A stretch of DNA of 55,285 bases from the NCBI GenBank assembly GCA_035697545.1, contig DASSCT010000191.1, positions 1 to 55,285 of the forward strand, given 5' to 3'. Of this stretch, positions 41,042-50,643 are shown in pieces. The notes under the pieces are model-generated. The model did no database searches. It saw nothing but the letters and a program-made list of their open reading frames with translations, and was not told the DNA's origin. A program made the position numbers and the translations under genes. Each line of letters opens with the position of its first letter. Positions within the stretch are counted from its first letter, which is position 1. Source of the stretch: Gaiellaceae bacterium. GTDB lineage: Bacteria > Actinomycetota > Thermoleophilia > Gaiellales > Gaiellaceae.

Positions 41042-42064
41042 CTAGTACTCGAGCCGGCGGCGGCGCTCGTGGCGCTCGAGCGCGAGGTCGATCAGGCGGT
41101 CTAGGAGCTCCGGATACGAAATGCCCGAGGCCTCGAAGAGCTTCGCATAGACGCTCGTCGCCGTGAATCCGGGGATCGTGTTCAGCTCGTTGACGAGCAC
41201 CTCGCCGGCAGCCGTCACGAAGCAGTCCACACGGGCCATGCCCTCGCAATCGGCCGCGATGAACGCGTCGACCGAGAGCTCCTGGACGCGCTTGCTCGCC
41301 TCCTCCGAGATCCGCGGCGGGATGATCAAGTCCATCCCGCCCTCGTCGTACTTGGCCGAGTAGTCGTACCAATCGACGCCGCCGAACCCGTGCGCGACGA
41401 TCTCGCCCGGGATCGAAGCGAGCGGCTCGCGGTTCCCGAGCACGCCGCACTCGACCTCGACGCCGTCGACGAACTCCTCGACGAGCACCTTGTCGTCGTG
41501 GCGCCGCGCCAGAGCCACCGCGTCCTCGAGCTGTTCCTCGCGCTCGACCTTCGTGATCCCCACCGACGAGCCCAGCCGCGCAGGCTTGACGAAGACCGGG
41601 TAGCCGTAGGGGTTCTCCGGCCGGTCGCCGTTCCTGACCGTCACGGACCGCGTCACCGGTATCCCCTTGTCACGGCAGACGGACTTGAAGAGATCCTTGT
41701 CCATGGAGAGCGCAGACGCGGTCACTCCGGCGCCAACGTACGGCACCCCGGCCAGTTCGAGCAGGCCCTGGACGGTCCCATCCTCGCCGAACGGCCCATG
41801 GAGGATCGGGAGGACGACGTCGACGCGCCCCAGCGTTTCCGGCGGCGAGCCGGTCGGCACTGGGAGCGTCTCGGCCACGGGACGGTCGAGCTCCCTCATC
41901 CCTGAGTTGAGCGCCCAGCGCCCGTCGCGTCCGATCTCGATCGTCTCGACCTCGTAGCGGTCGGGATCGAGGGCCTCGATGACGGAGCGCGCCGAGGCGA
42001 CCGAGATCTCGTGCTCGCTGGAACGGCCTCCCGCAACGACCGCGACGCGTACGCGGCGGCTCAC
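41042..42064 (-). CDS. ddl: D-alanine--D-alanine ligase
   Basis: From the GTG at 42064: VSRRVRVAVVAGGRSSEHEISVASARSV..., with LHGPFGEDGTVQGLLE, PVFVKPARLGSSVGI and NELNTIPGFT. GTGA overlap with the pknB stop. Confidence 0.93.
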   Translation of the reverse strand: MSRRVRVAVVAGGRSSEHEISVASARSVIEALDPDRYEVETIEIGRDGRWALNSGMRELDRPVAETLPVPTGSPPETLGRVDVVLPILHGPFGEDGTVQGLLELAGVPYVGAGVTASALSMDKDLFKSVCRDKGIPVTRSVTVRNGDRPENPYGYPVFVKPARLGSSVGITKVEREEQLEDAVALARRHDDKVLVEEFVDGVEVECGVLGNREPLASIPGEIVAHGFGGVDWYDYSAKYDEGGMDLIIPPRISEEASKRVQELSVDAFIAADCEGMARVDCFVTAAGEVLVNELNTIPGFTATSVYAKLFEASGISYPELLDRLIDLALERHERRRRLEY

Positions 42065-44037
42065 TGTTGCGGCGGAGGCGGCGACGGCGGCGGAGGCGGC
42101 GGCGCGGGCGACGGCTCCGGGGTCTGCAGCCGCCCCACGAAGAGGGTGACCTTCGAGCCCGGCTTCGCCTGCTCGCCGGCCGACGGCGCCTGGTCGATGA
42201 CGATGCCGTCCTCGTCGGGATTCTCCGTCGGCGTGTCGCGGATCACGACCTTCCAACCCTCGTTCTCGAGCGTCGCCTGAGCGCTCCCCTCGTCGATGCC
42301 GGTCACGTCCGGAATGGCCGTCATGGTCTGCCCGCTCGACACGGTGAGCGTGACCCTCGTGCCCGGCGGCTGCAGGGAGCCAGGCGCCGGATCCTGCTCG
42401 ATGACCGTGCCCTTCGGCTCGCTGGAGTCGATGTCCTCACGTACCGGGGTGAACCCCCCGCGCCGGAGCTGCTCGGATGCGTTGTCGTACGACAAGCCGA
42501 TCACGTTCGGAAGCCCCGTCGTCTGCTGGCCTTTCGAGATGTTGATGCGAACCGTGCTGCCACGCACGATGCTCGTGCCGCCCTTCGGATCCTGAGCGAT
42601 GACGGATCCCTGCGGCTCGTCCGAGAAGATCTCGACCGGATTCGGGATCAGGCCTGCGGCGCGGATCGTCGCGATCGCGTCGGCCTCTCGTGCGCCGAGG
42701 ACGTCCGGGACGTTCACCCGTGGCTGTCCGGTCGAGACGAAGATCCGCACGGCGTTCCCCTTCTGGATCCGCTCTCCGGCGTCGGGCTCCTGCGCGAAGA
42801 CCTCGCCGCGCGGAACGGTGGGGTGCGAGCGACCGACGGCGCGCGGCCGTAGGCCGGCGTCCCTGATCGCCTTCTCCGCGAGCGGTTGCCGCATGCCCTC
42901 GACGAGCGGAACGGCCACGGGCTTCGTCGCGTTCAGCTCGTCCTGGATCTGGTCCCAAACGTAGAACCCGGCGACGACCGCCCCAGCGGCCAGGAGAATC
43001 GCCAGCAGCCACGGCCAGATCGGCCGGCGGCGGCGCGGCGGTTCCTCGTAGTCGTAGTAGTGCTCGTCGTAAGGCTGCCGCGGCGCCACGACCGGACGGC
43101 GCGAGATCATCGTCGGCGCCGTCTCTGCGAGCCCCGCGCCGGCGAGGACGGCCGTGGCCGCATCGGCCGTCTCCGCGGTGACTCCGCCGCCGCCCGCGAC
43201 CCGCGCGAGCTCGCGCTCCATCTCCTCGGCGCTCTCGAAGCGGTCGGCGGGATCCTTGGCCAGCGCCCGGAGGACGATCATGTCCAGGTCGGTGGGAATC
43301 TCGGGCCGCAGCTCGGAGGGCGCCTTCGGGATCTCCGAGAGATGCTTCATCGCGATCTCGAGCGGGGTCTCGCCGGTAAACGGCAGCTTCCCGGTCAGGA
43401 GCTCGTAGAGGACGATGCCGACCGAGTAGATGTCCGAGCGCTGGTCGACCGGGGCGCCGCGCGCCTGCTCTGGCGAGAGGTACTGCGCGGTGCCGACGAT
43501 CGACCCCGCCTCGGTCATCTGGCTGGTCGCGGTGCGCGAGATCCCGAAATCCGTGACCTTGAACCGCTCGTCGCCGTCGCCCGGGCCGTCCTGGACAAGC
43601 AGGACGTTGTGCGGCTTGATGTCGCGGTGCACGATCTGGCGCCGGTGCGCGAAGCCAACGGCGCGCAGGATCTGCCTGGCGATCTCGATCGCCGAGGCAA
43701 TTGGCAACGGGCCCTGGGCGACGATCCGTTCCTTGAGGCTCCGACCTTCGAGGTACTCCATCGCGATGTAATAGGTGCCCTCGGCCTCGCCGCGGTCGTA
43801 GATGGAGACAATGTTGGGGTGCGAGAGGCCGGCGGCGTTCTTCGCCTCGCGGCGGAACCGCTCGACGAACTGGTCGTCGTTCGCGTGCCGGTCGTTCAAG
43901 ATCTTGATCGCGACGCGACGACCGAGCTCCTCGTCCTCGGCGAGGTAGACGTTCGCCATCCCACCCGAGCCGAGCTTCCGCAGGATGCGGTAGCGACCGT
44001 CGAACATCATCCCGATCAGGGTGTCCGAGACCGCCAT
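42061..44037 (-). CDS. pknB: PASTA-domain Ser/Thr protein kinase
   Basis: The kinase domain has GSGGMANVYLA, AIKIL, HRDIKPHNVLL, DFGISR and AQYLSPEQ. One TM helix is followed by four PASTA-like repeats and a Pro-rich tail, PAPPPPPPSPPPPQQ. Confidence 0.95.
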   Translation of the reverse strand: MAVSDTLIGMMFDGRYRILRKLGSGGMANVYLAEDEELGRRVAIKILNDRHANDDQFVERFRREAKNAAGLSHPNIVSIYDRGEAEGTYYIAMEYLEGRSLKERIVAQGPLPIASAIEIARQILRAVGFAHRRQIVHRDIKPHNVLLVQDGPGDGDERFKVTDFGISRTATSQMTEAGSIVGTAQYLSPEQARGAPVDQRSDIYSVGIVLYELLTGKLPFTGETPLEIAMKHLSEIPKAPSELRPEIPTDLDMIVLRALAKDPADRFESAEEMERELARVAGGGGVTAETADAATAVLAGAGLAETAPTMISRRPVVAPRQPYDEHYYDYEEPPRRRRPIWPWLLAILLAAGAVVAGFYVWDQIQDELNATKPVAVPLVEGMRQPLAEKAIRDAGLRPRAVGRSHPTVPRGEVFAQEPDAGERIQKGNAVRIFVSTGQPRVNVPDVLGAREADAIATIRAAGLIPNPVEIFSDEPQGSVIAQDPKGGTSIVRGSTVRINISKGQQTTGLPNVIGLSYDNASEQLRRGGFTPVREDIDSSEPKGTVIEQDPAPGSLQPPGTRVTLTVSSGQTMTAIPDVTGIDEGSAQATLENEGWKVVIRDTPTENPDEDGIVIDQAPSAGEQAKPGSKVTLFVGRLQTPEPSPAPPPPPPSPPPPQQ

Positions 44038-44040
44038 CGC

Positions 44041-45519
44041 TTAGCCGGATCCTTTCGACGGCGACCGTAGGAGCGCCTGCAAGATCTCCTTCGCGATCGG
44101 GGCCGCGGTGCTGCCGCCCGTCCCGCTCTGGTTCTGCAGCACCACGGCAACGGCGAACCGTGGATTGTCGACCGGGGCAAAGGAGATGAACCACGTCGTG
44201 TTGCGGCCGGAGTGCCCGGTCTCCGCCGTTCCCGTCTTGCCGGCGACGCGCACGCCGGGGATCTGAGCCGCGGTACCGGTTCCGCCGGTGACGACGCCCT
44301 CCATCATCGACGCGATCTCGTCCGCGACCTCAGGCTTGACCGCGCGCCGCAGCTCGTGCGGCTTGGTCTTGACCAGCAGTGAGCCGTCCGGCTTGCGCAC
44401 GCGATCGGTCAGGTAGGGCTCCATCACGACGCCGTTGTTCGCGATCGCCCCCGCCACCATCGCCATCTGCAAAGGAGTGACCTGCATGCGCTCCTGGCCG
44501 AACGCGAGCCGCCCGGGGTCGGCGTCCCTCTCCTTCGACCTCGGTAGCAGCTTCCTGCCCTGATAGAGCCCGCTCGGCGCCCGCTCACCGGACGGCAAGT
44601 CGATCGGCGGATCCTGGTAGAAGCCGAAGCGCCGCGCGTAGTCGAGGATCGTCTCCGGCCCCAGCCGCTTCCCCATCTCGCAGAACGACGAGTTGATCGA
44701 GTTGATGAGCGCCTGCGAGAAGTTCACGGTTCCGAAGGGCGTCGACGTGTCGTAGTTGTTCACGCGCTGGCCGTACTCGACGCAGTAGCCCGGGTCGTAG
44801 AAGGTGGACTCGGGCGTGTACTTGCCGGTGTCGAGCGCGGCCCCCGCGGTGACGACCTTGAAGATCGACCCAGGTGTGAAGAGGCCGGACGAGGCGCGGT
44901 TGAGCAGCGGCGCCACCGGGCAGGGGCCTGTCCCTCGCTGGACGCGCCGGTAGTTTCGCTCGACCAGGTTGGGGTCGTAGGTCGGGCTCGAGGCCATTAC
45001 GAGCACCTTCCCCGTCTTCGGGTCGAGTGCGACCGCGGCGCCGCACTGTCCCGCCAGCGCATCGAGCGCGACCTTCTGCGGTCTCGGCCGGAGCGTGAGG
45101 ATCAAGTCGTTGCCTTCGATCGTCGATCCGCGCAGCTTGTCGAGCGTCGTGTCGAGCAGCGTCGCGAGATTCGTGTTCGAGCCGGTGAGGTAGTCGTTGT
45201 GCGACTGCTCGAGGCCCGAGCGAGACCGCGCCTGGGTCGAGTACCCGACTGGATGCGCGAAGAGTGGGCCCTTGGGATAACGGCGGAAGTAGAGCGTCTG
45301 GCCGCCGACCCGGCGGCGAACGTTGCGCGCGACGACCGATCCGTCCGCGGCGTAGATGTTCCCGCGCTTGATCGAGAACTGAGCGACGACCTTGATCGAG
45401 TTGTCGCGCCGGTTCGCGAGGCTCGGCGCGGCCCAGGCCTGCCAGTAGGTCGTTCCGACGATCAGGCTGATCACGAGCACGAGCGATGCAACGGCGAGGC
45501 GGCTGATCTGATTGTTCAT
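44041..45519 (-). CDS. pbpA: Class B penicillin-binding protein (transpeptidase, PbpA-type)
   Basis: N-terminal anchor, then SIFK (SxxK), SINS (SxN) and KTGTAE (KTG). Confidence 0.93.
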   Translation of the reverse strand: MNNQISRLAVASLVLVISLIVGTTYWQAWAAPSLANRRDNSIKVVAQFSIKRGNIYAADGSVVARNVRRRVGGQTLYFRRYPKGPLFAHPVGYSTQARSRSGLEQSHNDYLTGSNTNLATLLDTTLDKLRGSTIEGNDLILTLRPRPQKVALDALAGQCGAAVALDPKTGKVLVMASSPTYDPNLVERNYRRVQRGTGPCPVAPLLNRASSGLFTPGSIFKVVTAGAALDTGKYTPESTFYDPGYCVEYGQRVNNYDTSTPFGTVNFSQALINSINSSFCEMGKRLGPETILDYARRFGFYQDPPIDLPSGERAPSGLYQGRKLLPRSKERDADPGRLAFGQERMQVTPLQMAMVAGAIANNGVVMEPYLTDRVRKPDGSLLVKTKPHELRRAVKPEVADEIASMMEGVVTGGTGTAAQIPGVRVAGKTGTAETGHSGRNTTWFISFAPVDNPRFAVAVVLQNQSGTGGSTAAPIAKEILQALLRSPSKGSG

Positions 45520-46781
45520 GCCTTCGCCCCCTCGTTCGCGCGGTCAGAGACGAGGAGGAGCCCGGCCAGCAGGACGAAGTTCGCGACGATGCTCGAGCCC
45601 CCGTAGCTGACGAAGGGCAGCGTGATCCCCGTCAGCGGGATGATCCGGAGGATGCCGCCGATGATGATGAAGGCCTGGAGCGTGAAAGCGAAGGTCAGGC
45701 CGACCGCGAGCAACTTCGAGAACCCGTCCTGCGCGAGCAGCGCGATCCGGAACCCGCGCGCCGCAAAGAGCATGTAGACGAGCAGGAAGGCGCAGATCCC
45801 GATCAGCCCGAGCTCCTGGGCAAGCGCGGAGTAGATGAAGTCCGTGTTCACGTACGGGATCAGCTGGTGGCCCGCGGCATCGGTGAACGTGCCCTGACCA
45901 AGCCCGGTGCCGCCGAAGCCGCCGTTTGCGATCGAGTAGTGCGACTGGACGGTCTGATAGCCGTCGCCGTAGGCGTCCTTCCAGGGATCGAGCCAGATCT
46001 GGACGCGCTCCTGCACGCGCGGGATCGCCGAGTACACCGCAGCGGCGCCGCCGACGAAGAGGACGCTGCCCGCGACCACGAACCACACCTGGGCGGTCGC
46101 CACGTACAGCATCGCGAGGAAGATCCCGAAGTAGAGGAGCCCTCCGCCGAGGTCGTTCGTCACGACGAGGACGAGCATCGCCGCGCCCCAGATCAGGAAG
46201 AGCGGCCCGAGATCCTTGAGCCGGAACTGCGCCAGCACCTCGCGCTTCTCGCGCAGGTAGCCGGCTAAGAAGACGATGAGCAGGATCTTCGCCAGCTCGC
46301 CGGGCTGGAAGTGGAGCGGCCCGACGTCCACCCACAGGCGTGCGCCGTTGACGGTGTCGCCGAGGCCGGGAACGCTCGGCAGCAGGAGCAGTGCGATCGC
46401 GCCGAGGCCGAAGAGATACTTGTAGCTCTCGAGCCTGCGGTAGTCCTCCCGAAGCAGGAAGAGCGTGGCCGCGAAGGCGCCGAGGCCGATCACGATCCAG
46501 AGGCCCTGTCTGAACGCGTCGTTCTCGTCGAGCCGGTAGATCTCTGTCACGCCGATCCCGGTCAGGAGCCCCGCCATCGGCAGCAGGTACGGATCGGCGT
46601 TCGGCACGGTCATCCGTGCGATCAGATGCGCGACGAGATAGAGGCCGAGGAAGAAGAGCCCGTACGAGAGCGACGCCGAGTTGACGACCTCCTGGCGGGC
46701 GATGTACACGCTCGCGAACCCGAAGCCGACGATCACGCCGACGACGACCAGGCTGACGAGCTCGCGGTTTCTCAGCGACAT
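45516..46781 (-). CDS. rodA: FtsW/RodA/SpoVE-family peptidoglycan glycosyltransferase
   Basis: From the ATG at 46781 (ATGA overlap with the pstP stop): MSLRNRELVSLVVVGVIV.... About 10 TM helices, with GARLWVDVGPLHFQPGELAKI, TDFIYSALAQELG and PLTGITLPFVSYGGSS. Confidence 0.92.
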   Translation of the reverse strand: MSLRNRELVSLVVVGVIVGFGFASVYIARQEVVNSASLSYGLFFLGLYLVAHLIARMTVPNADPYLLPMAGLLTGIGVTEIYRLDENDAFRQGLWIVIGLGAFAATLFLLREDYRRLESYKYLFGLGAIALLLLPSVPGLGDTVNGARLWVDVGPLHFQPGELAKILLIVFLAGYLREKREVLAQFRLKDLGPLFLIWGAAMLVLVVTNDLGGGLLYFGIFLAMLYVATAQVWFVVAGSVLFVGGAAAVYSAIPRVQERVQIWLDPWKDAYGDGYQTVQSHYSIANGGFGGTGLGQGTFTDAAGHQLIPYVNTDFIYSALAQELGLIGICAFLLVYMLFAARGFRIALLAQDGFSKLLAVGLTFAFTLQAFIIIGGILRIIPLTGITLPFVSYGGSSIVANFVLLAGLLLVSDRANEGAKA

Positions 46782-47704
46782 CAGACCTGGTCCAGCAACC
46801 AGAGGATGACGGCGGCGGCCATGAGCAGGACGGCGACCACGGCGAGCGCCCACAGCGCTTTGCTGCGACGCCGCGGCTCCGCCACCTCGACGACCGGCTG
46901 GGCGGCCGACTCATCCAACGTTTCCTCGTCGGCCGTCGCGTGCTCGACCACGACGCTGCTCGCCGTCTCCGCCGTGTCGTCCGGCTCTCCGTTGCCGTGC
47001 AGCTCGAAGAAGACGACCGTGATGTTGTCCTCACCGCCTCCTCTGTTCGCGGCATTGACGAGCGCCTTGGCCGCCTCGGCGAGATTCGAACGGTGCTGCT
47101 CGATCGCCTCCACGATCGTGTCGTCGTCGACCATCGCTGTGAGGCCGTCGGAGCAGAGCAGGAAGAGGTCGCCTGGCCTGGCCGGCACGGCGAATGTGTC
47201 GACGTCGACCTCGGAGTCGGTCCCGAGAGCCCGGGTGATCACGGACCGCTGCGGGTGTGCCTCCGCCTCCTCCGGGGTCAGTTTCCCGCTGCGAACGAGC
47301 TCGGCGACCAGCGAGTGGTCGTCGGTGAGCTGCTCGAGACGCCCGTCCCGGTAGAGGTACGCGCGCGAGTCGCCTACATGGCCGATTGCGACACGCTCGT
47401 CTTCGACGAGGGCAACGGTCATCGTCGTCCCCATCCCCGAGGCCTCCCGGTCTTCGTTCGCGCGGCGGAACACCCGTCGGTTCGCCTCTTCGATCAGCGC
47501 GGCCACGCGCGCCTCGCCGGTCGCACCGTCCCCGGAGCTCTCTTGGACGGCGTCGGCTGCGAGCCCCGAAGCGACCTCGCCCGCCTTTGCGCCGCCCATG
47601 CCGTCGGCGACGGCGAAGAGCGGCGGCTCGAGCACGTAAGAGTCTTCGTTGTGCCGCCGTCTCCGCCCTGGATGCGAGAGGGCCGCTGTAGCGCCCAGCC
47701 TCAT
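46781..47704 (-). CDS. pstP: PP2C-family Ser/Thr phosphatase with a C-terminal TM anchor
   Basis: NEDSY, ADGMGG, HVGDSRAYL, CSDGL and GGEDNITVV motifs. C-terminal helix ALWALAVVAVLLMAAAVILWLL. Confidence 0.93.
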   Translation of the reverse strand: MRLGATAALSHPGRRRRHNEDSYVLEPPLFAVADGMGGAKAGEVASGLAADAVQESSGDGATGEARVAALIEEANRRVFRRANEDREASGMGTTMTVALVEDERVAIGHVGDSRAYLYRDGRLEQLTDDHSLVAELVRSGKLTPEEAEAHPQRSVITRALGTDSEVDVDTFAVPARPGDLFLLCSDGLTAMVDDDTIVEAIEQHRSNLAEAAKALVNAANRGGGEDNITVVFFELHGNGEPDDTAETASSVVVEHATADEETLDESAAQPVVEVAEPRRRSKALWALAVVAVLLMAAAVILWLLDQV

Positions 47705-48180
47705 AATTGGTACCTCAGGTCAGTCTCGCCGACGCGAATCACGTCGCCCGAAGACAGCTTTCTCGGCTGCGTCAGCTTGACGCCGTTCAGGAAGGTCCCA
47801 TTCGTCGAGCCGAGATCCTCCAGCCAGACGCCGTCCCGCCGCGGCTCGATCCGAGCGTGCTGTACAGAGGCGAACTCGTCCGCGTCGAGGGCCAGATCGT
47901 TCTCGGGCGCACGGCCGATCGTGACCGCGCTGGAGTCGAGATCACGCTCGGTGTCGGCGGCAAGCGCCGGGCTCGACAGCACGACCAGCGTGCCGGCGTG
48001 CGAGCGTCCCAACCCCGCAGCGGCGGCTTGCTGCGGCGCGAGCACAAAGCTCTCCTGCGGCAGCCGGAGATCCTTGGCGACGGAGCGCACGATGCGCCAG
48101 ATGAAGAGGTAGAGCAGGACGAGAAACCCGACCTTCAGGCCGAGAAGGACTGCTTCAACCTCCACTGCCGCGACGCTCAT
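47701..48180 (-). CDS. fhaB: FHA-domain protein with an N-terminal TM helix (FhaB/FipA-like)
   Basis: N-terminal helix LLGLKVGFLVLLYLFIW. C-terminal FHA domain: TIGRAPENDLALDADEFASVQHARIE...LEDLGSTNGTFLNG. Confidence 0.9.
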   Translation of the reverse strand: MSVAAVEVEAVLLGLKVGFLVLLYLFIWRIVRSVAKDLRLPQESFVLAPQQAAAAGLGRSHAGTLVVLSSPALAADTERDLDSSAVTIGRAPENDLALDADEFASVQHARIEPRRDGVWLEDLGSTNGTFLNGVKLTQPRKLSSGDVIRVGETDLRYQL

Positions 48181-48935
48181 GGCCGCCTGAAGACGAGCTC
48201 GGTCGACCCGAGCGTGATGCGATCCTCGTCGTCGAGCTTTGCCCGCTTCAACGCGCGGCCGTTGACCGACGTCCCGTTCGTCGAGTCCAGGTCGACGATC
48301 CAGTAGGTCGAGCCTTCCTGGCGGATCTCGGCGTGCTGCCGCGAGATGTTCGGGTCGGAGACGCGGATGTCGCAGTCCTTCGAGCGGCCGATGACGACGC
48401 TCGGCTTCGTGAGGTCGTACGCTCGCCCGTTCACGGTCACCGTCGCGGGCTCGGGCTCCGGCTCGACGCCGAGATCCTCGGCCGCGGCCGCTTCCGTCTC
48501 AGCCGGAGCGGCGCGATAGATGCGCGTCTCACCGGGTTCCGGCGCCGGCTCCGGCTCCTGGTCTGGCGCCTCGCGCTGAATCATTCGGTTGGCGATGCCG
48601 AAAAGGCCGACCTCGAGGTCCTCGTCCGTCTCGAAGGTGACTTTCGGCTTCGAGAGCAGCACGTAGCTCTCCCGACGGCTGTGCTCGGTCAGGTACTGCT
48701 CGAGCTCCTTGACAAGCGCCGGTTCATAGCTCTCGAACTGCTCGCGGTCGCGGGGCGAGAGGTAGACGACGTACTCGTTCGGAGCGTAGATCTGCGACAC
48801 CGAAACCATCTTGTAGTCGTCCATCTCCTTCGCCAGCTTGCGGGCGATCTCGACAGGCTGCACGTTGCGACGGAAGGCGCGGCCGAAGGCGCCCTCGAAG
48901 AGCGATTCAATCCTCTGCTCAATACCTCGAAGCAC
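48177..48935 (-). CDS. fhaA: FhaA-like protein (N-terminal DUF3662-type domain plus C-terminal FHA)
   Basis: N-terminal MLRGIEQRIESLFEGAFGRAF...QPVEIARKL. C-terminal FHA domain: VIGRSKDCDIRVSDPNISRQHAEIRQEG..YWIVDLDSTNGTSVNG. Confidence 0.9.
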   Translation of the reverse strand: MLRGIEQRIESLFEGAFGRAFRRNVQPVEIARKLAKEMDDYKMVSVSQIYAPNEYVVYLSPRDREQFESYEPALVKELEQYLTEHSRRESYVLLSKPKVTFETDEDLEVGLFGIANRMIQREAPDQEPEPAPEPGETRIYRAAPAETEAAAAEDLGVEPEPEPATVTVNGRAYDLTKPSVVIGRSKDCDIRVSDPNISRQHAEIRQEGSTYWIVDLDSTNGTSVNGRALKRAKLDDEDRITLGSTELVFRRP

Positions 48936-48953
48936 AAACGACCCGGCGCCACT

Positions 48954-50564
48954 TTAGCGAGCGGAACGTAGCTCTCTGACGGCCAGGATCGCGCAACAGA
49001 GCCAGATTCCGGCAATCACGGGCACTGCCTGGATAGAAGCGAGCGGGAGGAGCAGCGCGGCGAGCGCGGCGACGCCCAGGCCGGCGATCGCCCACAGTCC
49101 CCGTCGGCTCAAAAGCGGCAGCAGCGCGGCGAGGAGACCGAGGACGAGGGCGGTGAGAGGAACCTCCGGGCGTTCCGCGAGACCGCGGAGGAGCGCGGTG
49201 ACGACGGCACCGACGTCCTCGCTCCCGGCGAGACCCAGCGACGGTGCTTCGCGGCCGCTCAGCGGCAAAGCCGTTCCGGTAAGCCCTGCAACGACGCCGG
49301 CGAGCAGCACTGCCAGTGCAGCGTGGATCCCGCGCCAGACCGCGCTCCGCACGGGCAGAACGGCAAGCGGCAGCAGCGCGGTTGCACCGAACGGCGCCAG
49401 CAGCGGCCCGGCGACGGCATGGAGGCCCTCCTCCGGCCTCCTCCAGGTGGCGACGAGCCAAGCGAGTGCGCCCGCCGAGTACACGAGCGCAAGGGCCAGC
49501 GAGATGTTTCCGAGCGGCAGAACCGCCGTTCCGAGCGCGAACGCCAGGCCGAGGCGTGGACGGAGCGCCGCAAGCCCCGCAGCGAGCGCGCCGAGCCCCC
49601 ACGCCCAGCCGACTGGATAGAAGGGGAGCAAGAGCCCGGCGCCGGCGGCGAAGACGCCTGCGGCGACCGCGGCCACAGCGCGATCGACCCGTGGGGTTGG
49701 AACTGCCGGCAGCGGGCTGCCGCGCCGGCGACGCGAGCGAGCGCCGAAGCCGTCGCGCAGGCGCTGCGCGAGCTGAAGCGCCGTGGGCCGCCGCGCGGGA
49801 TCGATCGCGAGCGCTTGGTCGACGGCCTCGCAGAGGGCGCGCGGAAGATCAGGACGCGCGGACTCGAGCGGAGGCGCGCCCTCGTCGATCCGGCGGGCAG
49901 TTTCCACCGGCGACGACGACCAGAATGGGTGGTAGCCGGTCAGTGCCTCCCAGAGAAGGACGCCGACGGCCCAGACGTCGGCCGAAAACGAGGAATCCTC
50001 CCCCCGGAGCCGCTCCGGGGAGATGTAGGCCAGGGTCCCGGGGACGTCGCCCGCTCCGGTCAGCGTCTCCGCCTCGGCGAACTGGGCGAGGCCGAAGTCG
50101 AGCAGCCGGACCTCGATCTCCGGTCCGTCCGCGACGAGCACGTTCGTGGGCTTCACGTCGCGATGAACGATCCCGTTCGCGTGAGCGTGGCCCAGGCCCT
50201 CGAGAACCTGTATCGCGACCTCGATCGCGCCCGCGTCGGTGAGGTCGCCTCCGCGGATGCGGTCGCGCAGCGTCTGTCCGGGGACGTACTCGTACGCGAT
50301 GTAGACGTTCCGGTCGTCGCCGTCGAACGCATAGGCCCGGAGGCATCGGGGATGGCGCAGCCGCGCCGCGGCGTGGGCCTCGCGCTCAGCGCGCGTGCCG
50401 GCCTTGCCGTCACGTGTGACGATCTTCAGCGCGACGTCGAGACCGTTGGTCTCGTCGCGCGCGAGCCAGACCGAGCCGGACCCGCCGCTGCCGAGCGGCC
50501 GCAGGGGCCGGTAGCGGCCAAGGACGAGCTCGCTGGCCGAAAGGGTCGCGACTGCTGTCGCCAT
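48954..50564 (-). CDS. Ser/Thr protein kinase with a polytopic membrane C-terminal domain of about 240 aa
   Basis: The kinase has GSGGSGSVWLA, ALKIV, HRDVKPTNVLV, DFGLA and LAYISPER. From about aa 295 I count about 7-8 hydrophobic helices by eye. Confidence 0.88.
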   Translation of the reverse strand: MATAVATLSASELVLGRYRPLRPLGSGGSGSVWLARDETNGLDVALKIVTRDGKAGTRAEREAHAAARLRHPRCLRAYAFDGDDRNVYIAYEYVPGQTLRDRIRGGDLTDAGAIEVAIQVLEGLGHAHANGIVHRDVKPTNVLVADGPEIEVRLLDFGLAQFAEAETLTGAGDVPGTLAYISPERLRGEDSSFSADVWAVGVLLWEALTGYHPFWSSSPVETARRIDEGAPPLESARPDLPRALCEAVDQALAIDPARRPTALQLAQRLRDGFGARSRRRRGSPLPAVPTPRVDRAVAAVAAGVFAAGAGLLLPFYPVGWAWGLGALAAGLAALRPRLGLAFALGTAVLPLGNISLALALVYSAGALAWLVATWRRPEEGLHAVAGPLLAPFGATALLPLAVLPVRSAVWRGIHAALAVLLAGVVAGLTGTALPLSGREAPSLGLAGSEDVGAVVTALLRGLAERPEVPLTALVLGLLAALLPLLSRRGLWAIAGLGVAALAALLLPLASIQAVPVIAGIWLCCAILAVRELRSAR

Positions 50565-50643
50565 GTGCGGTTCGGGTTAGGCACCGTCGGATGAAGTCCT
50601 TTGCGCGCCGATGTAGCGGTTACAGTGGCCTCGCGGCGAGCGC

